From positions 32,001-96,000 of the forward strand of contig CAVYES010000008.1 of NCBI GenBank assembly GCA_963767735.1: a stretch of DNA of 64,000 bases, given 5' to 3'. The position numbers were made by a program, and so were the translations under genes. The stretch comes from Candidatus Bathyarchaeota archaeon. Its GTDB lineage: Archaea; Thermoproteota; Bathyarchaeia; Bathyarchaeales; Bathycorpusculaceae. Of this stretch, positions 9,800-21,579 are shown in pieces; position 1 is the stretch's first letter, and the number at the start of each line of letters is the position of its first letter. The notes beneath the pieces were generated by a model that did not search any database, was not told the DNA's origin, and worked only from the letters and a program-made list of their open reading frames with translations.

Positions 9800-10138
9800 T
9801 TACACGTATTTATTCTCGTTATTACAATACCATCGCTTGTATTGTTCTATGTATGTTAGGGGTTGTCCACATGAACTACAATAAATTTTTTGTTGAGGGC
9901 TTGACATGGAACTGGGCACTGAATATAATCTAATAATTCTCTGTTCAGCCTGAGCGAATCCCCCTGCAAATCCAACACCGAAACCAATCATCGACATTCC
10001 AGCTATGCCACTATCCAAAAGACTGTATGCTCCAAAAATTGCTGAGAAAGTTATAGCGAGTCCAGCGATGATTAGACCCACTGAAATTATTGAGACAACT
10101 CTATTATACTTCTTGATTTTTATTTCTTTTTCATCCAT
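9800..10138 (-). CDS. Membrane protein with C-terminal zinc-ribbon-like motif
   Basis: Two hydrophobic segments; YCSSCGQPLTYIEQYKRWYC. Confidence 0.75.
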   Translation of the reverse strand: MDEKEIKIKKYNRVVSIISVGLIIAGLAITFSAIFGAYSLLDSGIAGMSMIGFGVGFAGGFAQAEQRIIRLYSVPSSMSSPQQKIYCSSCGQPLTYIEQYKRWYCNNENKYV

Positions 10139-10280
10139 GTTAGCCTATTTCTACACTATGCGAATTTAACACTTATCACCATAGAAACTATAGGACAAAA
10201 AACTTGATGTACCAAGAAAGAAAATGCTCGTTAATAGCCCTAACCATTAATGTACTTTGCAGAATATTGGAATTAACATT

Positions 10281-10523
10281 TCAAGACAAAGATGTGCGAA
10301 TCACTTTTTGATAGACGTAAAGGAAGTAGAAGGCTGTAAAGACCGTCAGGGTAATTTCAAGAAGGAGGATGGTGGGGTTTGTCTCTACAGCGCGGAAATA
10401 TCCTTGCAAGAAGATGTCTGAGAACACGAGGATTTGGAGGAAGATTGCGCCGCCCAAGCAGCTTAAGCCTAGGCTGTGTAATACTAGGCGGATTCTGTGG
10501 TTTAGTTTTGGATCTATGGTCAT
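10281..10523 (-). CDS. Small two-helix membrane protein
   Basis: Two hydrophobic segments, ATG start. Confidence 0.65.
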   Translation of the reverse strand: MTIDPKLNHRIRLVLHSLGLSCLGGAIFLQILVFSDIFLQGYFRAVETNPTILLLEITLTVFTAFYFLYVYQKVIRTSLS

Positions 10524-10611
10524 CGTTTACCCCCAAAACTGTACTATTAGCAGTAAGACTTAAGATTTATGAAAACGCAAACAGAATTTTCAATAAGCAA
10601 ATACTTTCAGA

Positions 10612-11367
10612 CTAACCGAACTGGCCAGTAATATAGTTGTGAGTCAACTCGCTTTTTGGGTTTTCAAAAAGGATTTTCGTGTCGTTATATTCTACTAGTT
10701 CGCCCACATACATGAAAGCGGTAAAATCCGACACTCTTGCCGCCTGCTGCAAATTATGTGTTACAATAATGACCGTGTATTTCTCTTTAAGGACTCCGAC
10801 AAGGGATTCGATGCGGGATGTTGCTGCTGGATCTAACGCGCTGCAGGGTTCATCCATGAGAATCAGTTCAGGCTCTACAGCCAACGCACGTGCTATGCAA
10901 AGTCTTTGTTGTTGCCCCCCTGAAAGGGAAAGGGCACTTTCATTTAGCCGGTCTTTAACTTCGTCCCATAACGCCGCTCCCCTAAGACTATTTTCGACAA
11001 CTTCTTTGAGCTTTTCGCCTTTTGCGGTATTATGGATGTGTGGACCGAAAGCCACGTTTTCGAATATTGATTTGGGGAATGGGTTAGGCTTTTGAAATAC
11101 CATGCCTATTCTTCGTCTCAAGTCATAAACGCTGTTGCTACCCTCGCCATAGATATTTTGTCCATCAAGCGTTATCTCTCCTGATGTGCGGCAGCCGATG
11201 ATGAGGTCATTCATCCGATTGATTGACCGCAGAAGAGTTGATTTGCCACATCCTGAAGGACCCATAATGGCTGTAACAGCGTTTTCTTTAACTTGAAAGT
11301 CGATGTCTTTTAGGATATGATTGCTCTTAAACCACAGATTAAATTTTTTAGTTTCGACTTTTCCCAA
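10612..11367 (-). CDS. pstB: Phosphate ABC transporter ATP-binding protein
   Basis: [54 protein letters not shown], ending YITGQFG; start placed at TTG 11367 after GGAG. Confidence 0.95.
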   Translation of the reverse strand: MGKVETKKFNLWFKSNHILKDIDFQVKENAVTAIMGPSGCGKSTLLRSINRMNDLIIGCRTSGEITLDGQNIYGEGSNSVYDLRRRIGMVFQKPNPFPKSIFENVAFGPHIHNTAKGEKLKEVVENSLRGAALWDEVKDRLNESALSLSGGQQQRLCIARALAVEPELILMDEPCSALDPAATSRIESLVGVLKEKYTVIIVTHNLQQAARVSDFTAFMYVGELVEYNDTKILFENPKSELTHNYITGQFG

Positions 11368-11611
11368 GTTTTTCTTCTCCTGCGTTAAGGTAGAGTGTTT
11401 AATTATGGTTATACAGGCTTGTGCTGAGAATGCTGAAAGGCAAAGCGGCTGTTCTCCATGGGAAGTCATTGTGGAGATGTGTGTGTTATACGTTTCCTCA
11501 ATAGCCGACATAGACTATAATATAATATATAATTTGTTTAGATAAGGAATTTATTATATAAACCGCCCTAGGAAATTGTTGCTTATTGGCTAGAAGGAAA
11601 GGAGAGATTTA

Positions 11612-12652
11612 TTGTTGTGGCAGGGAAAATGGGAGGAAGAAACAAGAAAAGTGCAATTTACTGGCGGGTCTACCTACATAATATCGTTACCTAAAAGGTG
11701 GATCGCCGAAAACCAAGTAAAAAAGGGAAGTTTCATAAAACTCCGCACCGATGAAGGCGGATTATTAACGATTGTTCCCCCGACCTCTACGATGCAGAAA
11801 AGGCTCGATGAAGCTGCAATTATGGTTTCTGAAAATAATGATACTGACATGATTGTACGAAAGATTGTGTCCGCTTACTTGGCAGGATATAATTCAATCC
11901 ATATAAAAGCAGATAAGCATCAATTATCCACAAAGCAAAGGCACGATATTAAGATTTTTGTTCGGCGCATGTTGATTGGAACTGAAATCGTGACTGACAC
12001 TGCATCTCAATTAACTCTACAAGTTCTTTTAAGCTACCCTGAATTGACAGTTCAAAGCGCTTTAAGAAGAATGACCATAATCACAACATCCATGCATAAG
12101 GACGCAATATTGGGGTTAACAGCAAGCGATAATTCACTGGCGAAAGATGTAATAACAACTGACAACGAGGTAGATCGATTCAATCTCTACGTGACCAGAC
12201 TATTAAGAGCAGCAATACAGAATCCCCGAATAACCAAAGAAATTGGTCTTGCAAGCGGCAAGGACTGCTTAGGCTACCGCCTAGTAATTAAGTCGGTCGA
12301 ACGGACAGCAGATCACGCTGTAAACATAGCGGAGAATGTGTTGACGCTTAAACGCAAGGTGAATAATGATACTGCGGAAAAAATTGAGAACATGAGCGGT
12401 ATTGCCATTAAAATGTTTGACACTGCCATGGAATCACTGTTTAGGCAAGACTACAACGCAGCCGAAAATATTATAGAAAGCATTAAAGAAATCGCTACCT
12501 TGGAGAGAGAGGCGATCGAGTCAGCTCAACTGGACACTCAAGATGATGCCACTTCGCGTTTAATTATTGAAAGCGTTAGAAGAACAGCCGAATACGCCTG
12601 TGACATCGCTGAAATTGTACTCAATTTGACTGTGGATTCAATACTTGTGTGA
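11612..12652 (+). CDS. phoU: Archaeal phosphate uptake regulator (AbrB-like N-terminus plus PhoU domains)
   Basis: RKVQFTGGSTYIISLPKRW; DNEVDR, ERTADHA, RRTAEYACDIAE. Confidence 0.92.
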   Translation: MLWQGKWEEETRKVQFTGGSTYIISLPKRWIAENQVKKGSFIKLRTDEGGLLTIVPPTSTMQKRLDEAAIMVSENNDTDMIVRKIVSAYLAGYNSIHIKADKHQLSTKQRHDIKIFVRRMLIGTEIVTDTASQLTLQVLLSYPELTVQSALRRMTIITTSMHKDAILGLTASDNSLAKDVITTDNEVDRFNLYVTRLLRAAIQNPRITKEIGLASGKDCLGYRLVIKSVERTADHAVNIAENVLTLKRKVNNDTAEKIENMSGIAIKMFDTAMESLFRQDYNAAENIIESIKEIATLEREAIESAQLDTQDDATSRLIIESVRRTAEYACDIAEIVLNLTVDSILV

Positions 12653-13224
12653 AAAAAATGTTAGGAGAAGTCAAAGGTTATTTATCGAAAATCAACAACT
12701 ACATACTAAAATTTAAAAATTACATAGATGATCGAGCTCTAATCACCGATCTACTAACTAAGATCATCATTACATTTGGAGTAATTCTGATTATTGGCGG
12801 GCTTTATTTAATGACTATCGATCCAAGCGCTTCAACTCAAGTCGCACAAACAAATTCAGCTACCCAGTCATCTGCATCCATTGTCAATTGGATTCCAGGA
12901 ATTCCATTTTACATTGGCGCTCTTACTAGTGGTGGCATTGCAATCATTGGTTTAGTTTCTTGGATTTTGGGTTTAGACTTCCTTCTAATCGGCTTAGGTT
13001 TTTGGGTAAGAAACGAACTTGCTCGTTTTGCTGGATTAATGACATTTGGATTAGCTTTTTTTTTCCAGTTTGTACAGTTCCTGTTAAATGGGATTATAGG
13101 TTCGCCAGTATCAGTTTTAGAGTTATGCGTGGATGGAATTTTTGTTTATTTTCTTTTCGCAAAGTTTGATTCACAAAAAAAGACCCTAATAAGCAGTCTA
13201 AGCAGTCAATCGATCAAAGCTTAA
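12649..13224 (+). CDS. Hypothetical membrane protein (about 4 TM), overlaps the phoU stop
   Basis: Hydrophobic segments; GTGA overlap with phoU. Confidence 0.7.
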   Translation: MKKMLGEVKGYLSKINNYILKFKNYIDDRALITDLLTKIIITFGVILIIGGLYLMTIDPSASTQVAQTNSATQSSASIVNWIPGIPFYIGALTSGGIAIIGLVSWILGLDFLLIGLGFWVRNELARFAGLMTFGLAFFFQFVQFLLNGIIGSPVSVLELCVDGIFVYFLFAKFDSQKKTLISSLSSQSIKA

Positions 13225-13358
13225 TCTCACAAACGTTCATTCGTTCATTAATGCAACTTAGCTAAAGGCAAATAGAATTGACATTCAGAAGCTGAGTTTC
13301 TTTGCTGATTTTTCGTTTCTCTGTCTGGTTTATGGTAGGGGTTTGGGGTCGGCGTTGG

Positions 13359-16300
13359 TTATGGAGTTGGAGTTGGAGAAGTCCTGCTGGCTGGACCGTA
13401 GGTGGCGACAAGGGCTGCGTTGTAGTCCTGTAGGAATAGCACTATATCTTGATAGTCCATTGTCCCACTATGGTCTAGTGCACATGCTGAATTAAGGGCG
13501 CCTGTTTGATAGTACCCGATGTAGCCATCAAGGAAGTATATTTCGTCGCTAAAGCCAACTGTGCCAGTATGGTAGAAATCAACTGGTGAAAACTGTTGTG
13601 CACTGTTAACGGTTAATTGAGTAGTTCCTGAAATGCCGGTGCTGCTGGCTGTGACAGTCCAACTGCCTGTGTTTAACGAAGTATATACGTTTCCAGTCCA
13701 GGAGCCGCCAGCGCCAGCACTCGTGAGCCAACTAACAGAGTTTGTTACATCCCACGAGTTACCCTCAGAATCATATGCCGTTGCAGTGCAAGATTGACTG
13801 GAACCAGAATTGATTGAAGCTGAGGCTGGACTTACAACAATACTTGAGACTACACCGTGGTTAATAGTCAAGGATGCTCTGACGAGTATGCCGTCAAGTA
13901 CACCTGTAACAATCCAGTTTCCTGAGTTAGCGGAAGTAAAAACGTTGGCACTCCATGAACCGCCAGCGCCTGAATCAATAATCCAAACTGTTGAACTTGA
14001 AACATCCCATAAATTACCGTACGCATCAGATGCCGTTGCTGTAAATGTTTGAGTGGATCCTGCGACGATTGTTTGTGTCTCTGGCGATATTACGAGGCTT
14101 GTTGGGGAGCCATGAATAACTGTGACGGGAGCTGTTGCAGAAAAGCCGCTCCATGTGGCGGTGATGGTCCATGTGCCTGCGTCGGCTGGAGTGTAGATGT
14201 TGGCTGACCATGAGCCGCCGGCACCCGAGGTTATGCTATAACTGGCCAAACCGGTAACGTCCCAGGTATTACCAAAAGTGTCAACTGCGATGGTACTGAA
14301 GGCTTCATTTGAGCCAGCTGCAATGGTCGCACTGTAGGGAGTAACCTGTATGCCTAATGCAGAAGCATGGGTTACCGTTAAAAAGACTGACTTACTCAAG
14401 CTGCCAAATGTGCCTGTAACGCTCCAGACACCAGCGAGTTGAGATGTGTAGACATTGCCTGAAAATGAGCCGCCAGCGCCCGCGTCAATAGTCCAAACTG
14501 TTGAAGGTGTAACGTCCCATGTGTTTCCGTAAACGTCAGCAGCGGTTGCTATGAAAGTTTCTGTTGAGCCAGCTATGATAGAGCCTGAGGTTGGTCCTAC
14601 CGTAATACTGGCAGCTGGCGCGTGATTTACCGTTACGGAAGCTGTGCTTGATAGACCTGAGTAAATGCCCATAACAGTCCAGCTTCCGGCATTGTTAGAG
14701 GTGTAAGTATTGCCAACCCAGGAGCCGCCAGCACCGACATCAATACTCCAACTTGTGGAGCTGGTTTCGTCCCAGCTGTTGCCGTTAGAGTCTGTCGCCG
14801 TTGCGGTAAAAGTCTGAGGTGAGCCAGCTGTAAGTGCAGCTGATGATGGACTTACTGTAATGCTAAGAGCTGCACCATGGTTAACTGTTAAAGAGGCTGT
14901 ATCGGATAATCCTGAGTAAATGCCGGTTACCTGCCAAGTGCCAGCCGTAATAGAACTATAAACGTTGCCGCTCCATGAACCGCCAGCGCCTGAATCAATA
15001 ATCCAATTTGTTGAAGGGGTAGCATCCCAAACATTATTGTAGTCATCGGTTGCTGTAGCTGTGAAGGCTTCGTTTGAACCTGTTGTGATAGTGGCAGTGC
15101 TAGGGGAGATGATGAGGGTAACGGCTGAGGCGTGATTTACGGTTAAGTAAGCATAGTTCGATAGCCTTGTGTATGTACCGGTGACAATCCAGTTTCCTGC
15201 AATAGCGGAGGTATACTGATTGTTAGCCCAAGAACCTCCAGCGCCGGAACTGACACTCCATTCTGTTAAGGCGGTAACATCCCATACGTTACCGTAGCTA
15301 TCGGATGCTGTAGCGGTGAAAGCTTGGCTGGAACCAGCAGTAATTGAAGCGGAATTTGGATCCACAGTAATGCTGACAGGTGAAGCATGAGTGACAATCA
15401 AAGTAGCTGTACCAGACAAACCTAAGCCCATGACAGTCACCGTCCATGTTCCTGCATTAGCAGAAGTATAAACATTATCAGATAAAGAACCGCCGGCATT
15501 TACGTCAACACTGAAACTGGTCGAACTAGTGATATCCCAACTGTTACCAAAGTAGTCGAATGCGGTTGCCGTGAAAGTTTGTGTTGAACCAGCCACTATA
15601 GTCGAGGTGCTGGGATTTACTTCAATTTTAACTGGATATCCGGGATTAACGGTTAAAGAAGCTATATTGGATAATCCTCCATAAGCACCAGTTATTGTCC
15701 ATGTGCCTGCTATAGCAGAAGTGTAAACACCTCTTGACCAAGAGCCGCCAGCGCCAGTGCTTGTACTCCAAGTTGCCGAATCAGTGACGCCCCAACTGTT
15801 ACCATAAACATCAGAGGCTACTGCCGAGTAAGACTGACTGAAACCAGCAGCCAAACTTGATGTTTGAGGAGATACTGTTAGGCTGATAGGTACGGCAGGG
15901 GTAACGGTGAGAGAAGCTTTATCAGATAATTCCCCATAAACGCCGGTTATTGTCCAAGTGCCAGCTTTGTCAGAAGTATAAACGTTACCGCTCCAAGAAC
16001 CTCCAGCGCCAGAATCAATAATCCAAACCGTTGAACCAGTGGCATCCCACGTATTGCCAAAACTGTCTATAGCTGTGGTCGTGTAAACTACAATTGTTCC
16101 AGCTGTGACTGAAGTTAAAGTCGAGCCCACCGCTATGTTAACAGCCGTACCATGATTAACAGTCAAAGAAGCAGTATCAGATACACCTGAATATGAACCT
16201 GTGACAATCCACTGGCCAGAAACTGCAGAAGTATACGTATTGCCTGACCAAGAGCCGCCGGCACCCGAGCTTATACTCCAATCAACTGAACTGGTAATAC

Positions 16301-17635
16301 TCCATGTGTTACCAAAGACGTCGGTAGCAGTGGCTGTAAAGGTTTGTGAAGAACCAGCCGACAAAGTTGCTGTTGCTGGAGAAATCACGATGCTAGAAAC
16401 AGGACCGTCGTCAACGGTTAAGGAAGCTGTACCTAATAATCCGTCATAAACACCGTAAACAGTCCATGTGCCAGCTTTGTCAGAAGTATAAACGTTACCG
16501 CTCCAAGATCCCCCTGCACCAGAATCAATAATCCAAACCGTTGAACTGCTAACGTCCCATGTGTTGCCATCGCTGTCACTGGCAGTAGCCGTAAAGGTTT
16601 GGCTGTGGCCTGCAACAACTGCTGGGTTTTGGGGAGATATGGTTATGCTAACGGCTGGACCATCTTCTTCAGTCAACATGGCTGTGGATGATAGGCTTCC
16701 CATTTTAGCCGTGACGACCACGGTGCCAGCTTTATTGGAAGTGTAAACATTGTTTGACCAAGAGCCGCAGGCGCCAGAGCTGGCACTCCAAGTTGCCAAA
16801 TTAGTAACATCCCAACTGTTACCGTAAACATCAGAAGCTAAAGCCGTGTAAGTCTCATGAGAACCAGTTTTGACAGAGGCTGAATTGGGGTTTATAGTAA
16901 TACTGGTGGCTGTTGCATGATTTACGGTCAGAGAGGCTGTGTCGTATAGACCTAAATAGCCGCCAGTTATGGTCCAGGTTCCGGTTGTTGCGGAAGTGTA
17001 GACGTTGCCCGACCAAGAACCGCCTGCGCCTGCAGTTATGCTCCAACTTGTTAGTGCTGTCACGCTCCACGAGTTGCCATAAAAGTCTGTTGCAGTAGCT
17101 GTATACGCTTGGTTAGAACCCGCGGTAACTGTCGCTGTTGTAGGAGAGATTTGAATACTGATCGGGGTTGCAGGATTTACCGTTATCACACTAGTTGCTG
17201 CCGAGATTGACCCGCTGGTTACTGTTATAGTTTGAGAGCCAGCGGTTGCAAGAATGAAACCTGAAAAGGTATGGACGCCCTTATCGCCCTTGCTACCTGT
17301 TGTAAAGGTGTACTCGCTCTGAGAAGTATAAGGCAAAGTAGCCTTGGGATCGGTTGAAGTGAAATAGATTGTACCCTTAAAGCTAGTTGCCACTTTGCCA
17401 TTAAATTATAAACAGTAACTGTTAAGCCGCTAAAACTTTGCCCTGCAGTGGTCGAAGATGGATAGCCGGTTATGGTGAAATATTGGGTAGGTGAACCATT
17501 AACAAAGAGAGTTTGAGAGGTTGATATTGTATACAATTCGGCAGCACCTAGCGTTGAAATCAGCATTATGATTATCAATAGCAAAGCTGGTATGGCATTA
17601 CCTCTAACTAGCCTTCTCATGTTTAACTTCTCCAA
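13359..17635 (-). CDS. Large secreted protein: signal peptide, 14 tandem ~85-aa Ig-like repeats, C-terminal dockerin-like domain; 1-base deletion near 17404
   Basis: Repeat ITxSPxxAxxxAGxxQxFTATAxDxxGNxWDVT...GAGGSWSGNVYTS; tail DFYHTGTVGFSD...ALDHSGTMDYQD; ORF 17225-17635 supplies the signal peptide and joins at TAT AAT TT- AAT GGC AAA GTG GCA. Confidence 0.8.
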
Positions 17636-17771
17636 CTATTTTTATGCGCCCTAAAAGTATTTACCGTTTGTCGTTATAGTTTCAATAGTTTTAATTGGGA
17701 CTAAGTATTAACTTGTTTAAGAAAGGAGTAGTCTAGAGTTTATTTAGAACCTATAGTTTTTTTGGTTTATT

Positions 17772-19112
17772 TTATGGTAAAATTTGGAAGTTAGCAGCTG
17801 TTTCCGGGGCTAATGCTGTGCCATTTGCTGTTAATAGGCACATGTATGCTGTGGCTTGGCCGGTGAATGCCCATTGGGGAATGGAAATTGTGAGGTCAAC
17901 GACTGTGAAGTTTTGCAGTTGCATGGTGTTTCTGTAGGTAAATGATCCTATTGGAACATTGGCGTGGTCAAATACTGTTATGTCCAATTCTGAAGATGGG
18001 GTTGAAAACAATCCGTTATCGATTGTCAGCTCAATTGGGAGAGTTTGCCCTAAATTAACGCTGGCAGGCATTTGTATGCTTTCTATGTTGCTTAAGTAGT
18101 TAAAAGTAAAGGATGTTGAGTTGGTCAGCGTAGACGAGGAAAGGTTTATCGAAGCGGTTATATTCCATATGCCAAAAACAATTTCGGTTGCATTCGGGTT
18201 TGGAGCAGGCAACCTGTATTGGACATTTGCAATTCCCGTTTGATTTGTTAATCCGTCACCAACGGCTATTACGGTTCCGTTGGGGTTTTGCAGTGAAAAT
18301 GATACAGTTTGGTCAGGAACTGAAACATTCTGGGAGGTTACTAATCCATAAATTTGCAACAGGTCTTGGGGCCCGTAGGTGCCGCCGTTGCTGGAGCCTC
18401 TGCTGCCTCTGCCTGTGAATACTTGAAGAGTTGCACTGGATAAATTACTGGTTGTGGTGTTTGAGACGGTGACAGTTGCGCTATCACAAGTAACATCGTT
18501 GTGAGGGGCGGTAATAACGCTTGTAGCTACCACATACCCACTGCTGATTGTTATTGGACTAACACCGTAGTTCGTTATGTTAAAAGTTAACGTTGCTAAC
18601 ACGCCAGAAGGTTCAGTTGATACATCCGCACCTTCAATTCCTCCAGCTAAACCGCCTAGGATCTGCCCATTTACATTGTCGAATAAGGAACTTTGGCTTC
18701 CAGTAAATTCGGGTGTGTCATCTCCGGGAGCGTTGTTTGCTAGGAATGGACCTCCCGTAGCTTTTATCAGCTGTAGCACTGTTGCATTCCAAGAAACCGT
18801 AGGCAAAAACCAACCCCAAATGCCAGGTGAATTATCAATTCTAATATCAATCATAACGGTCGTGTAAATAGGATTTGGTTTGGGACCCAACGTAATACTT
18901 GAAGTGCTCATGGTACCCGATTGTACGGCGCTAATAGTTGGAGCCGGAGTGCTAGCTATGCTTACATGCGAGATTGTAAGTGGTATTGCGATAAGTAAGA
19001 TAATTGCTAATGCCACGATTATCTGTTTTCTTGGTTTCAGCTTTTGTGCACCGTCCGATTTTATCGTATTGATGTTTTGGGTGATGGTATTTTGCGTTTT
19101 TGAGCGTTTCAA
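17772..19112 (-). CDS. Secreted protein: one cohesin-like module plus C-terminal two-Ig-domain unit
   Basis: IDIRIDNSPGIWGW..PTVSWN..VLQL....GPFL...SGVLATLTFNI. Confidence 0.75.
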   Translation of the reverse strand: MKRSKTQNTITQNINTIKSDGAQKLKPRKQIIVALAIILLIAIPLTISHVSIASTPAPTISAVQSGTMSTSSITLGPKPNPIYTTVMIDIRIDNSPGIWGWFLPTVSWNATVLQLIKATGGPFLANNAPGDDTPEFTGSQSSLFDNVNGQILGGLAGGIEGADVSTEPSGVLATLTFNITNYGVSPITISSGYVVATSVITAPHNDVTCDSATVTVSNTTTSNLSSATLQVFTGRGSRGSSNGGTYGPQDLLQIYGLVTSQNVSVPDQTVSFSLQNPNGTVIAVGDGLTNQTGIANVQYRLPAPNPNATEIVFGIWNITASINLSSSTLTNSTSFTFNYLSNIESIQMPASVNLGQTLPIELTIDNGLFSTPSSELDITVFDHANVPIGSFTYRNTMQLQNFTVVDLTISIPQWAFTGQATAYMCLLTANGTALAPETAANFQILP

Positions 19113-19114
19113 AT

Positions 19115-21286
19115 TTAAGACAGGATTTGGAAGGTACCAGTTTCTTGAGGACAGAGTGGGATTCCGCCGGCTGTGGGAAGACCAGTCATGACGTCAACGT
19201 AAACGGTTGCTGTTCCTACATAAGCCCATGAAGGAATTGTGATGCTTACTGGAACAGTGGCGGCACCTCCTCCTGATGCGGGGGAAATGTTAACTGTGTA
19301 ACAGTCTATTGGGACGTCTTGTGAGTCACAAACCGTAACTGCTAGCAATGAAGTTGATTTTAAGTTTTCCACAATCACATCAAAGCTCAAAGTGCCGGAC
19401 CTGTCCACGCTTGTGGGCAGTTGGATTCCTGTGATAGTGACAAGGTTGCTAACGCAGGTGAAGTTACATGTATCAGTTATGACAACAGATCCAACCTCAG
19501 TTAAGCCAACTATGGACCACATCCCTAATACTGAGTTAGGGTTGGGGCTGGGTAAAGGTATCCTAAATTCGAAGTAGGCATAGCCAGTTGTGTTTGTCGG
19601 GTCTACATTAAGAGCGGCAACTGTTCCATTTGGATAAGAAATCTCGAAGCCTACTAGATTGTCGGCTAAAGGCGCGTCCTTATAATCTACCAGTGCGTAC
19701 ACTTGAACTAGATCTTGCGGATTGTAGGTGCCGCCGTTAACATCATGGCCTATGCCGCCTTTATTAGTGAAAACGTCGATACTGGCAAGTTGCTGAGCAG
19801 TTTCAATTTGTATCCAAGCAACTTTTGTTGCCGTATCTATGTAACTTGAAGAGGGAGACGGATTCGTATCGGGCGCAGTCACGATTAGAGTTATTTTAAG
19901 ATAACCGACACTTGTAGCCTCAAAAGAAATTATTTGTCCATTAAAGGATCCAAAGATTGTAGAATTCTCAAATTCCACTAACCAAACATAGCTGGTTATG
20001 GGGCAAGTTTGCTTATCGTAGCCAGGCGTTGAAGCGCTTGCATCCATCAAAACTGTATCTCCTACCACATATATCGTTCCGTTGGGAGGAGTAAATTCTG
20101 CCACTGGACTATAGACGCTTGATGAACTGGGGGTAGGGGTGGGCGAGGGGGTAGGAGAAGATGAAGGGGTAGGAGTGGGACTGGTTGATGGAGTAGGAGT
20201 GGGACCGGTTGGTGATACAGCAGTAACAGTTGCACTATTACACGTAACAGTGGTTTCAGGGGCGCCTACGGTGCTGGTCGGTATCACGTATCCTCCGCTG
20301 ATCGTTACTGGACTGGTGCCGTAGCCGACCACTGTGAACGTCAAAGTAACAAGTACACCTGAAGGATCAGTTGATACATCCGCACCTTGAATAGCTTGAG
20401 CTAAACCACCGTCAATCTTTCCTGGATTGTCTGTGTTGTCAAATAAGCTGCTTGAGGTTCCAGTGGTTAATACTGCATCTCCTCCTGGTGTGTTATCTGA
20501 CAGGAATGGACCTGCCGCAACATGAGTCAGTTGTAGCACTGTAGAGTCCCATGTCACGGTGGGTATAGCCCAGCCCCAAAAGCCAACAGTGACATCGTCG
20601 ACTCTGATATCGATTTTGAACGTTGTACCCATTGGATCAGGACTGGGACCCAAAGTAATACTGGAGGTGGTTGTGGTTCCAGACGAAACCGCACTAAAAT
20701 AAGCGGTTGAAAGACTGCTAGCTGCGTCTGCTGCTGCTAATTCCGTCGGCTGATTATAGGTAAAAACTGCGTTTGTTTGTGTTGAAGATATTTGGGGATT
20801 TAAACTGGCAGAGCTTGTTGCGGGTCCGAGCAGTTCAATGTTGGTAAATTCTATCGGGCTTGATCCGTAACCGACGATTTGGAACGTGAACGAGACCAAG
20901 TTTCCTGAACCTGAAACGCCATTTTGCAAGATTAAAACATCATTTATGTTTGAAATTACTCCATCAGTATTGTCTATTGGCGAAGCTGTGAGCGATGTTT
21001 GTCCTGCAGAGTCAAGGAAGGATCCTTCGCTGAAACGCGTCATTTGCAGGATTGAAGGATTCCATGATAAGCCTAAACTCCAACCCCACAGATTAGTAAC
21101 ATCAGAAATATTGGCTGTGACTATGAAGGTTCCGCCAATCCCCAATGATTGACCGGAGATCGACGGCGGGTTTAGGCTGACACCCGCAGTTACATTAGCG
21201 TAGGTATTTCTTGAAATTAAAATCGCAGAAAAAATAATGCTTAAAATTATCACTACGCAAAGTATAGCTTTGATTTTTGTATTCAT
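19115..21286 (-). CDS. Secreted scaffoldin-like protein: two cohesin-like modules, PT/S linker, PKD-like domain, C-terminal Ig unit
   Basis: Two WGW...TW...GxFL...SGxLxxxTF modules; PTPTPS linker; VLMDASASTPG. Confidence 0.75.
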   Translation of the reverse strand: MNTKIKAILCVVIILSIIFSAILISRNTYANVTAGVSLNPPSISGQSLGIGGTFIVTANISDVTNLWGWSLGLSWNPSILQMTRFSEGSFLDSAGQTSLTASPIDNTDGVISNINDVLILQNGVSGSGNLVSFTFQIVGYGSSPIEFTNIELLGPATSSASLNPQISSTQTNAVFTYNQPTELAAADAASSLSTAYFSAVSSGTTTTSSITLGPSPDPMGTTFKIDIRVDDVTVGFWGWAIPTVTWDSTVLQLTHVAAGPFLSDNTPGGDAVLTTGTSSSLFDNTDNPGKIDGGLAQAIQGADVSTDPSGVLVTLTFTVVGYGTSPVTISGGYVIPTSTVGAPETTVTCNSATVTAVSPTGPTPTPSTSPTPTPSSSPTPSPTPTPSSSSVYSPVAEFTPPNGTIYVVGDTVLMDASASTPGYDKQTCPITSYVWLVEFENSTIFGSFNGQIISFEATSVGYLKITLIVTAPDTNPSPSSSYIDTATKVAWIQIETAQQLASIDVFTNKGGIGHDVNGGTYNPQDLVQVYALVDYKDAPLADNLVGFEISYPNGTVAALNVDPTNTTGYAYFEFRIPLPSPNPNSVLGMWSIVGLTEVGSVVITDTCNFTCVSNLVTITGIQLPTSVDRSGTLSFDVIVENLKSTSLLAVTVCDSQDVPIDCYTVNISPASGGGAATVPVSITIPSWAYVGTATVYVDVMTGLPTAGGIPLCPQETGTFQILS

Positions 21287-21383
21287 TTACGAATCCTCCT
21301 TTCAATTAACATTTACTCAATTAAATTTTGTTAGGCTTAAGTTTGGGCCTTCTCTTTCCCTAAGTATACAATTTTGCTCCAAG

Positions 21384-21424
21384 TTATTCTGTCTTTGTTA
21401 AATAAAGTATTTAGAGATAAATAG
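21384..21424 (-). promoter_or_regulatory. Conserved 41-bp upstream motif, copy 1
   Basis: TTATTCTGTCTTTGTTAAATAAAGTATTTAGAGATAAATAG, 98 bp upstream of start 21286; aligns without gaps to 24170-24210 and 26862-26902. Confidence 0.65.
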
Positions 21425-21579
21425 TTTTATTGAAGTTTAAATAGAATAAATAGTTAGCTAACGAAATTGCTCTATGCAGATGTTTTGCACGCAGAAGATT
21501 TGTCACAACATAGTAGTAATGACCGAGTTGGTTTGGGTGTAAGAGAAATGAAAATGGATTGATTTTGCGGTGATGTCTC

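Larger units (their letters stand above)
9157..10244. repeat. Three short direct repeats TAATAGCCCTAA between small genes
   Basis: CTCGGTAATAGCCCTAAC (9157-9174), GGTAATAGCCCTAAA (9631-9645), CTCGTTAATAGCCCTAAC (10227-10244). Confidence 0.7.
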
